Assembly (NCBI RefSeq): GCF_006345805.1
Contig: NC_043001.1
Span: 100,068,001-100,132,000 of the forward strand
Length of the DNA stretch: 64,000 nucleotides
From: Octopus sinensis
Lineage: Eukaryota
Direction of reading: 5' to 3'
In this document: in pieces, positions 39,850-51,910 of the stretch
Position numbering within the stretch: position 1 is the stretch's first letter
Layout: the number at the start of each line of letters is the position of its first letter
Position numbers and translations under genes: made by a program
The notes under the pieces: model-generated
What the model was told of the DNA's origin: nothing
The model's database searches: none
The model's input: only the letters and a program-made list of their open reading frames with translations

Positions 39850-41463
39850 AAAGAGAAAGAGTAAGGTTTTTTCAGAGAGATGGCCACACTAGTCTGTAAA
39901 AGATATAGGCATGGCAGGATCATCAAACACGTTGTAAACGATATCTATCCAGGACCACGGGGTGGATTTCGCTCTGGTCTTGGCACTATTGATATCATTT
40001 TCCCTTCAGATGGGTTATGGAGAAGGTACGTGAGTAAAATCAAGAGTTTTATCTTGATATTTGTTGACCTTACTAAGGCCTTTGACACTGTTAACCGACC
40101 AGCAGTTGGGAAAGTTCTGAAAAAGCTTGGTATATCTGGCAAGATGTTGAATGTTATCATCTCCTTTCATGTAGGAATGAAGGCTGCTGTCGTGTCCGGT
40201 GGTGAATCTTTAGCTTCCTTCGACGTTACAAATGGCACAAAGGAAAGTTGTGTTATGGCCCCTGTTTTGTTTGCACTCTTCAATGATGCTGCGGTATGCG
40301 TTTGGCGACATACAAAGTGGTGTCAAATTCCAGTTTTGAACAAGTAGTGGACTATTCAATCATCACCGTTTCAAAGCAAGAACACTACCATTCACCAGTA
40401 TCATTCCTGGTATACTTAGATGATGCTGCACTAGTAGCGACCTCTTTAGAGGAATCTCAGGAATTTCTAGACCGGTTTTTCTGCTGCATGAAAAGCCTTT
40501 GGTTTGACCATCAGCATAAAAGAAGACGGAAGTAATCCACCAACTTTGCCCTACTCCTAAACAAATTCGAGGCGTCAAGCAGAGGCCACCGGTTCACAAT
40601 TTTCCTGACACTCCAACACAGGATGATGGGAAAAACCTAAATCATGTGAAGTCTTTTACATATTTTGGTAGTAAAGTGAATTTGAGCGCTTCTCTTGATA
40701 ATGAAAACGTCAACCGCCTTGCAAAGGTAAACTCCGCTTCTGGTAAACTCCGTCATCGCCTAGGGAATGAAAGGGGCATCAAATTTTACACCAAAGAGCA
40801 GGTCTATAAAGCTGCCATTCTTACTACTCTCTTGTATGGCTCAGAATCGTGGATACCCTATAGACGACACATAAACCAACAAGACATCTTCCCCAAAGAC
40901 TGTCTGAGGATAATCTATGGTTATTCACTAAAAGACAGAGTTTCTAATGCCGACTTGTTTAGCAAGTTTAAGATTGGTGGAATTGAGAGCTTCCTTATAC
41001 AATCACAATTGTGCTGAGCTGGTCATGTTGTCAGAGTGAGTGACGAAAGACTACCCAAAGTCCTCATGTACAGCCAGCTTGAGAGTGGACACAGGAATGT
41101 TGGTCGACCATGGCTCAGATATAAGGACAAGCTGATTAGTAACCTCTTAGTGATGAAGACAGCTCACGATACCTTTGAACGAACAGCATTGGTACGAACA
41201 AAATGGAGATCTCTGTGTCAAAATGGTATTAAAAACTTTGTTGCTCCCAGCATGAACAGGCTTCGGAGTGCAAGGCAAAGGAGGAAAACGGCTGCAAATA
41301 TACCACTTACATTGACCTGTAATCCTCAAACTTGCAACATTTGTGGCCTTCTTTGCAAAGCGTTGGCAGGTTTAAATGTCACATTCAACATTAGCATTAT
41401 GGCTGACAAAGTAAGAGTATGTTGTCGGAGCCTCATGTGTCGACACCGACGGGAGAGTCCATC

Positions 41464-41465
<2 letters not shown>
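39850..41465 (+). mobile_element. RTE (BovB-like) LINE, 5'-truncated and decayed
   Basis: GFRSGLGTID, FVDLTKAFDTVNR, YLDDAAL, FTYFGS, LLYGSESW, MSDERLPK, terminal CNIC zinc-finger remnant. Confidence 0.9.
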
Positions 41466-41495
<30 letters not shown>

Positions 41496-41574
41496 TATAT
41501 ATTTATGATGGACTCTCCCGTTGGTTTCGACATATGAGGCTCCAATGATGTACTATTACTTTATATATATAAAG

Positions 41575-42442
41575 TAAAGGCTATTTGCCAACATAATGTC
41601 GCTATTCTATATTTCTAATTTTGCGCATGTGCATTGTTTGTTTTTGATTTTGTTGACTACACAGTATGGTAGGGTCATGTGGGCACCTTCTGTGAGAAAA
41701 CCAGCACTATGATGCTGTTCACACTGCCAGAAATTTGGAAACGACATGCCGTACTGCTTGGCATTTTCGCCGGAAGCTCCAATACGAACAGATGGTGAAC
41801 ATACAAAACACCTGTTGGCTTGTCATGTCCCCAAAACGTGATAAGAATCGAACAACCGATCAACATCATGGTGTTTGGATTGATCACAAGTGATGGCAAC
41901 GTTATGCTTCCATTCTTCTTTCCACACGGCCTCAGACTCAACACGGAGGCCTACATCAAGTGCCTGGAGGAGGTAGTGCTGCCCTGGGTCAAGTGGGTGG
42001 TTGCTGAAAGAGCCTTTGTCTAGCAACAGGACTCTGCACCATTCCACACAAGCAGGGGAACCCAGTCATGGCTGTCAGACAATTTCTGCGATTATATCAG
42101 CCTAACTCCCCAGAGTGCAACCCCTTTGATTATTATGTGTGGGGTGCAATGAGTGAGACACCAACAAAATTCCTTATAACACCAAAGAGGAATTGAAGGC
42201 AAGGATTATGGCAGCATTCACTAACTTAAACAAGGAGACCATCCAGAAAAATTGCAGGAGATTCCAAAATGGTCTGGGAACCGTGATTGAAGCCAATGGC
42301 GATTTTATTGAATAAATTTACTCTTTTGTATTTCAAGATATTTTTATGTAATTTTGGTAAATATATCCGTTAAAATGAGATGTCAGTGTTATTTTCATTT
42401 TTGAGTAATTTAGACGACAATATATTCACTGCACTCTATGTA
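41575..42442 (+). mobile_element. Internally deleted maT-like (DD37D type) Tc1/mariner; second copy 43402-44269
   Basis: MVFGLITSDGNVMLPFFFPHGLRLN...QQDSAPFHTS...NPFDYYVWG; right TIR ending CACTGCACTCTATGTA; left boundary approximate. Confidence 0.8.
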
Positions 42443-42522
42443 ACACTTGGATTCGATCCCATGTTTTGCCATATAGAAATCACAAGTTGATCACACACAC
42501 AACACACACACACACACAACAC

Positions 42523-42554
<32 letters not shown>

Positions 42555-42699
42555 ACACACACACACACACACATCAGGTCTAACCTGGTGGTAACTAAGG
42601 CAGCAGGCTATTTTATAGTTTTGCCATGTCATAATGTTATATACATCTTCACATTTTATTCGTAGTTTCCCCATCTTTCGGCATCATGCCAACTACCGC

Positions 42700-43230
42700 C
42701 TCTTGTGTTATTTGTTCCACCTATTTATGATTTAGTGTAAATCTAAACCACCGTATCAACAATGTTATGTATTTTCCCAGAAGAAACATAAATAAAAATA
42801 CCCCGTGAACTTCTAGCTCTTGTACATTCGACATAAACTTGGCCATGAGAGAAGCAATGTTCTTCGAATGGTAGCCCAGCAACAGATAAAGTTCCAGGCA
42901 TTTATTTAAAGACATGGCAAAAGCCGAGTTTTACTAGAAACACTAGACTTTTGAATACATAAGGTATTTCTGTGTTAGATAGAATGGAGGGCATTCTGCG
43001 AATGTAAACGCATCTTCTCCCATAAAAACAACCAGAGGACAGAGGCTCGTCTAATCTAGCAATGGAATCAATCTACAGACATTATTTTGGATCATCAAGC
43101 GCCCAGAAACAGCTGTTGGACTCGTAATACTTTTCTTCTTTATATCATTTCTGTTCTGTGTAAGTCGGACCTTTATTTTTTTATCCAAACATAAATAAAT
43201 TTCTTGTATTCCATATTTTTAATATACTTT
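42700..43230 (-). mobile_element. Helitron Pif1-like helicase C-terminal remnant; second copy ~44520-45050
   Basis: RMPSIL..EIPYVFKSLVFLVKLG / FAMSLNK / GTLSVAGL...CFSHGQVYVECTRA...KIHNIV, matching helicase motifs V-VI across frameshifts. Confidence 0.85.
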
Positions 43231-43275
43231 ATATTTTGATCTGTCTAACCTACTTAGCCTTACGTTAATTTATTG

Positions 43276-43308
<33 letters not shown>

Positions 43309-44352
43309 ATATATAATATATATATATATTTATGATGGACTCTCCCGTTGGTTTCGACATATGAGGCTCCAATGATGTACTATTACTTTATATATATAAA
43401 GTAAAGGCTATTTGCCAACATAATGTCGCTATTCTATATTTCTAATTTTGCGCATGTGCATTGTTTGTTTTTGATTTTGTTGACTACACAGTATGGTAGG
43501 GTCATGTGGGCACCTTCTGTGAGAAAACCAGCACTATGATGCTGTTCACACTGCCAGAAATTTGGAAACGACATGCCGTACTGCTTGGCATTTTCGCCGG
43601 AAGCTCCAATACGAACAGATGGTGAACATACAAAACACCTGTTGGCTTGTCATGTCCCCAAAACGTGATAAGAATCGAACAACCGATCAACATCATGGTG
43701 TTTGGATTGATCACAAGTGATGGCAACGTTATGCTTCCATTCTTCTTTCCACACGGCCTCAGACTCAACACGGAGGCCTACATCAAGTGCCTGGAGGAGG
43801 TAGTGCTGCCCTGGGTCAAGTGGGTGGTTGCTGAAAGAGCCTTTGTCTAGCAACAGGACTCTGCACCATTCCACACAAGCAGGGGAACCCAGTCATGGCT
43901 GTCAGACAATTTCTGCGATTATATCAGCCTAACTCCCCAGAGTGCAACCCCTTTGATTATTATGTGTGGGGTGCAATGAGTGAGACACCAACAAAATTCC
44001 TTATAACACCAAAGAGGAATTGAAGGCAAGGATTATGGCAGCATTCACTAACTTAAACAAGGAGACCATCCAGAAAAATTGCAGGAGATTCCAAAATGGT
44101 CTGGGAACCGTGATTGAAGCCAATGGCGATTTTATTGAATAAATTTACTCTTTTGTATTTCAAGATATTTTTATGTAATTTTGGTAAATATATCCGTTAA
44201 AATGAGATGTCAGTGTTATTTTCATTTTTGAGTAATTTAGACGACAATATATTCACTGCACTCTATGTAACACTTGGATTCGATCCCATGTTTTGCCATA
44301 TAGAAATCACAAGTTGATCACACACACAACACAGCACAACACAACACAACAC

Positions 44353-44391
<39 letters not shown>

Positions 44392-45090
44392 CAGGTCTAA
44401 CCTGGTGGTAACTAAGGCAGCAGGCTATTTTATAGTTTTGCCATGTCATAATGTTATATACATCTTCACATTTTATTCGTAGTTTCCCCATCTTTCGGCA
44501 TCATGCCAACTACCGCCTCTTGTGTTATTTGTTCCACCTATTTATGATTTAGTGTAAATCTAAACCACCGTATCAACAATGTTATGTATTTTTCCAGAAG
44601 AAACATAAATAAAAATACCCCGTGAACTTCTAGCTCTTGTACATTCGACATAAACTTGGCCATGAGAGAAGCAATGTTCTTCGAATGGTAGCCCAGCAAC
44701 AGATAAAGTTCCAGGCATTTATTTAAAGACATGGCAAAAGCCGAGTTTTACTAGAAACACTAGACTTTTGAATACATAAGGTATTTCTGTGTTAGATAGA
44801 ATGGAGGGCATTCTGCGAATGTAAACGCATCTTCTCCCATAAAAACAACCAGAGGACAGAGGCTCGTCTAATCTAGCAATGGAATCAATCTACAGACATT
44901 ATTTTGGATCATCAAGCGCCCAGAAACAGCTGTTGGACTCGTAATACTTTTCTTCTTTATATCATTTCTGTTCTGTGTAAGTCGGACCTTTATTTTTTTA
45001 TCCAAACATAAATAAATTTCTTGTATTCCATATTTTTAATATACTTTATATTTTGATCTGTCTAACCTACTTAGCCTTACGTTAATTTAT

Positions 45091-45124
<34 letters not shown>

Positions 45125-45130
<6 letters not shown>

Positions 45131-45290
45131 CGGGAAGCTTTGTGAAAATAAACAAAAGACGAAGGCAGGTGGAATACAAACAAACAATTGTATTAGTATG
45201 GCGCTCAGGAATATAAATAAAACAAGTCTTTTACGTTTCGAGCCTACGCTCTTCAACAGAAAGATACACAGAAAAGAAATATATATATAT
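45125..45290 (-). mobile_element. Family B element with intact variant HHR at 45228-45263
   Basis: cttt-CTGTTGA-A-GAGC-gtag-GCTC-GAAAC-GTA-aaag. Confidence 0.72.
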
Positions 45291-45379
45291 ATATATATGA
45301 ATAAATGAAAGAATGGAGTCGAACGAAGATGTTTTCCATGCTGACTATAAACATAGGATAATTCATTCACCTACTATAT

Positions 45380-45723
<344 letters not shown>

Positions 45724-45774
45724 GTGTATGCATTCATATAAATGTTTGTGTATATATATATATACATTCATATA

Positions 45775-45806
<32 letters not shown>

Positions 45807-46085
45807 CATTCATATATATATATATATACATATATATATACATTCATATATATATACATATATATACATACATATACATACACACACATATATATATAGA
45901 CATACATACTTATATACATACATATATATATTACACACACACACACACACATATATAAACATTTATATATATATATACATACTTATATACATACATATAT
46001 ATACATATACATACATACATATACATACATATATAAATACATACATATATATACATACATATACATATATACATACATATATATG

Positions 46086-46316
46086 TTTCTTTATTACCCA
46101 CAAGGGGCTAAACATAGAGGGGACAAACAAGGACAGACAAACGGATTAAAACGATTACATCGACCCCAGTGCTTAACTGGTACTTAATTTATCGACCCCG
46201 AAAGGATGAAAGGCAAAGTCGACCTCGGCGGAATTTGAACTCAGAACGTAGCGGCAGACGAAATACGGCTACGCATTTCGCCCGGCGTGCTAATGATTCT
46301 GCCAGCTCGATGCCTT
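46086..46316 (-). mobile_element. SINE S1 directly downstream of 5S rRNA copy
   Basis: Same consensus as other S1 copies; no TSD found. Confidence 0.9.
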
Positions 46317-46319
46317 TTA

Positions 46320-46439
46320 ATGCTTGCAGCACCTAGGTTTCCCAAGCGGTCACCCATCTAAGTACTAACTAGGCTCGATGTTGCTTAACTTCGGTGATCG
46401 GATGGGAACCGGTGCTTTCAACGTGATATGGCCGTAAGC
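46320..46439 (-). rRNA. 5S rRNA, full-length 120-nt orphan copy (variant gene or pseudogene)
   Basis: GCTTACGGCCATATCACGTTGAAAGCACCGG...CCGAAGTTAAGC...GATGGGTGACC...GGTGCTGCAAGCAT; helices largely pair (GCCTAG/CTAGGT); a few mismatches; no oligo-T terminator. Confidence 0.92.
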
Positions 46440-46659
46440 TCTACCCTCCTTAATATTTTTCCACTACCCTCCTTAATACTTTTCTCAGCTCTGAGCTCGA
46501 AAATGCAAACTTTTTAAATAACGTCTTCATTTTCCTTTCAACGAAGCCTCTAGCCCCCACTGCCAGGTAGTAATACTTGACAGTTCATCCCTGTTCTCTG
46601 CACTGCCTGGCTGGCTGGTGCTCCATTGGTTATGCGGACAAGCATTCCAGTTGATTTGA

Positions 46660-46935
46660 TCAATGGAACAGTCTCCTCATGAAATTAACATGCAAGTGGC
46701 TGAGTACTCCACAGACATGCATACCCTTAATGTAGTTCTTGTGGGGGATTCAGCATGACACAGAAAGTATTAAGGCTGGCCCCTTTTAATTACAGGTACA
46801 ACTCAGTTTTTGCCAGCTGAGTGGACTGGGATTATGTGAAATAAAGAGTCTTGCTCAAGGACACAATGCACCCCTGGGAATCGAACTCACAACCTCACGA
46901 TCATGAGCCAAGTAACCCTAACCACCCACCCATGG
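46660..46935 (-). mobile_element. tRNA-derived SINE with V/Meta-like domain (GTGTCCTTGAGCAAGAC)
   Basis: B box GAGTTCGATTCCC on the minus strand; related fragment at 13560-13720. Confidence 0.6.
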
Positions 46936-48830
46936 GCCTTTATGCCTTTTAAACCTTTTTAGATTCCATTATTATTTCAGTTGATCTTTCAAAAACTTTT
47001 AAATTCATATCTCCCTTAAAAGTTTATCCATTTTCTAATGGAACCCCTTTATTAATGCAACCTAAACAATCCACACAGAACTATTGTCCTCAAGTAAATT
47101 ATTTCCCACACCAGTGACACATAAAAGGGCACCATTCGAATGTGACCGTTACCAGCGTCACCTTACTGGCACTTGTGCCTGTGCTAGTACGGTGCCAAGA
47201 GCACCATCCAAGCATGATCGTTGCCAGAGCAGCCAACTGGCTTCCATGCCGGTGGCACGTAAAAGGGCACCATTCGAGCATGATCGTTACCAACGTTGCC
47301 TTACTGGTACCTGTGCTGGTGGCATGTGTAAAAAAGATTCGAGCGAGGTCATTGCCAGTATCGCCCAACTGGCCCTGTGCCAGTGGCACATAAAAAGCAC
47401 CCACTACATTCTCAGATTGGAGTCTGGTGCAGCTGCTGGCTTTCCAGCCATCTGGTTCACCAGCCCTCAGTCAAAATCGTCCAACCCATGCTAGCATGGA
47501 AAGTGGACGTTAAACAATGATGCTGATGACTACCAATCCAAGCCTACATCTTAGTACCCTTTCTGTAGCTCTTGAATTGCATTCCCTATTAAACATTTTA
47601 CAGACCCTAATTGTCATTATGGCAGCATATAGAATCAGCCACCTCTTCAACTGATATTATTATTGTCCCCTAACTTAATATTAACTTATTGTTTCTCATT
47701 CCAACTGATTCTCTATTTACCCCACTTCAAGTGTTCATCCCTATTATTCCTTATTTCTACTTTGACTCCTCCATACAGCCCCACTTCTCATGGTTAATTT
47801 AATTTCACTGAAACATCTTATCTCATTACAATCGTTTATAACAACTATCTTAAAAAGTTAACCAATTATTTTCTTTCTCCCCTTTATTCTAGCCCTTGCC
47901 ATTACCCCTTATGCTTCATTAAAATTATAGAGCAACAAAAACCTTCGATTTAAAAATATATAACAACTACAATTCATTTAAATTCTCAAACAATACAAAC
48001 ACTTATTCTCCTGTATCAAAATATAAAAATCTTTTCTAAAAACCCTTCTTCAATCCCGTGAATGAATCTATTATAACACACAAAAGTAGACTGTTCCCTT
48101 CTCTTTCATTTCATTTTCTACTTTCTCTCCATTGATGGAGTAAATGTAATCACTTCATTCTTCAGCACTCTTCTACTTGAACAATTTTTCAATAGATTTT
48201 ATTCAGTTTTGTTTCAATCTTTTTTTTCTCACTTTTTTAAAGATCTTTATTTTATATACTAGCCTATCAGTTATCCTCACATTATAACTCACTCACGCAC
48301 ACACACACACATACATATATACTCGTGTGTACAAGTATATATATACTTACATACACATACAAACATGTGTGTCTGTATGTACATAAACCAATCTTGGTTA
48401 GTCACTTCCCAAAGTATATTTGATTTCTAGAAACATTACTAAATATTATTTATAATTGGAACCTGAATTTCCTTGTCCCTATATTTGAAACCCCCACCTA
48501 TACGTCTTCCCCTAAACCAAATTTTTCACTTTTAAACACTTCTTACTATCAGATATAAGCTTCACTTTCCTTCTTTTTCATCCTCATTCTTGTTTTACAT
48601 TCTTTCTTCTATGCTTCAAACCAATTTCTGATAACACACGAATAACTTTTTCCAGTTTTTAATTGCTAGGATTTTAAAAAATGTACGCTAGTGTGCAATT
48701 AGATAATGTTTACATGTTCTTTCGTTATTCAAAAGGTTTTTATAATAGTTCCAGTAATAAAATTAAATCTACCTCCACCATTTTATATATTTTCTTGTTT
48801 TAATTAAAATACATATATATATATATACAT

Positions 48831-49212
48831 CATGCCGGTGGCACATAAAAAGCACCTACTACACTCTTGGAGTAGTTGGCATTATAGAGGGCATCCAGCT
48901 GTAGAAACTTTGCCAGAACAGATTGGAGCCTGGTGCCTGGTTTGCCAGTCCTCAGTCAAACTGTCCGACCCATACCAGCATGGAAAGCGGACATTAAACG
49001 ACAACGACGATGATATATATGTATATATATAATCATCATTTAACATCTGCTTTCCATGCTGGCATGGATTGGATGGTTTGATTGAGGACAGACAAGCCAG
49101 GAGGCTGCACCAGGCTCCAATCTATTCTGGCAAAGTTTCTACAGCTGGATGCCCTTTATAATGCCAACCACTCTAAGAGTGTAGTGGATGCTTTTTATGT
49201 GCCACCGGCATG
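48831..49212. repeat. Tail-to-tail inverted pair of RTE-tail elements (~180-bp arms)
   Basis: CATGCCGGTGGCACATAAAAAGCA ... TGCTTTTTATGTGCCACCGGCATG with a short (TA) spacer. Confidence 0.9.
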
Positions 49213-51646
49213 GAAGCCAGTCAGATGACACTGGCATCAGCTATGGCTATGATCTCACTTGGCTTGACAGGTCTTCTCAAGCACATCATATCTCCAAAGG
49301 TCTCGGTTGTCCAATGCTCGAAGGTCATACTTCACCATCTCATCTCAGGTCTTCCTAATAATACTCACACGACACCTTGTATAATATATACTGATCTATA
49401 CTAAAAAGGGCTTGCCAGATCTCTTCATGATCCCAGCAAACAAAATGGAAAAGGTGATGCTCCAGAGGATGGAGAGGGAGATGCGCTGAAACAATCCTTC
49501 TGACTCACAGGGCTTGCACTGGCAGGTAACCATTTCCGCTCCAGAAGCAGTGAGCAGGGATATGGTCCAGGGGTCGAGAATGCTGGAGGCCTCCACAGGA
49601 CACAAGCTCGACTATAAATAAACCGATACTTTGACAGTTTGCGTTTCTCAGCCTGACGAACAGCAAAGCCTGAGCTGGGAGCAGGACATACAAAGCTGCC
49701 ATTGGAGAAGGGGTTACATTCAATGTGGCTCCCACAGGAAGGGCCTACAAGCACGGAACGGGAAAATTGCCATATCATCGGGCCTTTTACCGTCCCCTCG
49801 GTCTAGTCCCACTGGCTTGAGCTGGAAAGGGAAGCCTGCGGCGTCTAAACTATGCTTTATGGTTTATTTAAGAGCGGCATAGCGTGGAAGGTGGTCAGCA
49901 CTATAATGGCATGACAATGGTTGGAGGCCGAAAGAATCCACAATGAATCCTCAGCGGCATTTGTGAGGTTCACAGATCTGGAGGCTAAGCTTCAAGGAAA
50001 AGCTGATGCGCAGGAATCGGTACCAAGCTGAATGCAAGTCCCGAGTGATGGTAACGCATAGATCCAGGCTTCGCTGTGGGGCTCGCATGCTGAGCGGGGG
50101 CATGCCAGACAGTGCTGGTCAAATCTGAGATCATGCTACATTGGATGGCATTCCATTTCTTTTGAGGGGAAAGGGAGATAGACGTCCGCAGGGCTCAGGC
50201 TGAGCTGGCTCCATGTTGCCAAGGCCACCCCACGCTCGCCGATCACAGTAGAGAAATTATCCAGAAACCCCGAACTATTCTGCCTTTCAAGTTGTGAGCA
50301 GACCATAAATTTCAAGAGAAAAAAAAAGAAAAAATGAAAATGAAGAAAACGCTAATTGCTTAGAATCGTGTCTTTTTTGCTTGGTGATCGTATCTATTAC
50401 CGCACGCTTCGCAAAAGAGATATCTAAAGTCGACACAGAATGTGAAGTACCTTATTAAATTCATTTCTTCTTAACTACTTATAAAATTGAACTTATTTGG
50501 TTAACTTTCTCATACAATGTTAGAAAGGCAGCTTTCTAAAGAGGAAATCGCTATTGTATAGACCCTTGTTGACATTTTTCTTCACCGTTTTCTCCGTGAA
50601 GAAGCCATCTAAAGTTTAAACAGAATGTTAAATACCTCATTAAATCCATTAAAAATATCGACCAAATTCAAATCACCCATCTCTTAAAAAATCATGGATG
50701 ATGGTCATTTTTTCTTTCGGACCGTATCTCTCTTGCTCGATAAGAAAACCAATCACAGAACGATCTGAGAAGTCATACAATGCATTTGTAAAAATTGTGG
50801 ATATTTCTCTTCTTTTATTTCTAGCATAATGCAGAAAATATACCAAATATATATGAGGAGGTAACCTTGAATTAGTTGCCGTCGTTAAAATGGTGAAGAA
50901 ATTATTCTTCGTCTGTTCATCATGAATTGTAGAACGTTTAACGGAAAGAGTAAATTCATATTAAACAGTGGTAAAACTGGCAACAACCACTCCGATTCAC
51001 ACTTTTCCATAAACAGAGGACAAATGCAAGGAAAAAGAAAAAAGGAAAAAAAGAAACATCACGACACAGTAAAAGAATAAGAGACAGGTAAAGAATGAGA
51101 ATTTAAAAAAAGAATAACAGTTCGTAATAATAAGAAAATATTGGGGAAAAAGAAAAAATGAAAGAAAACAGATTGCAGCAGATGAGGGATTTTAAGAGAA
51201 AAACAAAGAAAGTGGAAATAAGATTGCAAAAAAAAAAAAAAAAGAAAATTGAAGAAAAAAAAAAAAGAAAATAAGACTTTCAAAAAAGGTGAGAGAAGGA
51301 AAGAATAAACAGACTACAAGAGTGAAAGAAAAAACACGACAGAAAAATAAGATAAGAAGAGGAAAGTTCTGCAGAGACAATTTACCGAAAATGTTAGGTT
51401 GAATGTAATTTCAGGGTACAACGTTTGTGATCGTAATCATAATTATGCATCTGAAAAAATTGTATACCTGGGATCTTTAGGCAAAACATATAAGCAAGGA
51501 ATTATTAGGGACGAATGGTATTTTCCCATTAGAATTTATAGTAGGTGTTGCTACTTCGTGTAGAAATCTAGGCAAGTGGAGTCACAATCATCACCGTGAT
51601 AACAAAGACGAAGGAAGGTTTAAAGTTTTTGGAGTCATTCATTTTT

Positions 51647-51910
51647 GGTACTTGTATCACAGAGTGGTCCCGGTTTGTGCACACACGCAGACGCGCGTCC
51701 GTGCTAGTCAGACGTAGCCAGTCGATCCTACGAGCTGACTGGCGCATGCACGATATATACTTGTATCGATATATACGTGCGATACAAGTATATATCGTAT
51801 ATATCGTGCATGCGCCAGTCAGCTCGTAGGATCGACTGGCTACGTCTGGCTAGCGCGGACGCGCGTCTGCGCGTGTGCGCAAACCGGGACCACTCTGCGA
51901 TACAAGTACC
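51647..51910. mobile_element. 264-bp near-palindromic MITE, Merlin-like, perfect 8-bp TSD
   Basis: TCATTTTT at 51639-51646 and 51911-51918; termini GGTAC...GTACC; ~110-bp arms. Confidence 0.9.

Larger units (their letters stand above)
41501..45093. repeat. Direct tandem duplication: units 41501-43276 and 43328-45093, offset 1827 bp
   Basis: Near-identical units differing in microsatellite length and a few bases (e.g. TTTTCCCAG vs TTTTTCCAG). Confidence 0.95.
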
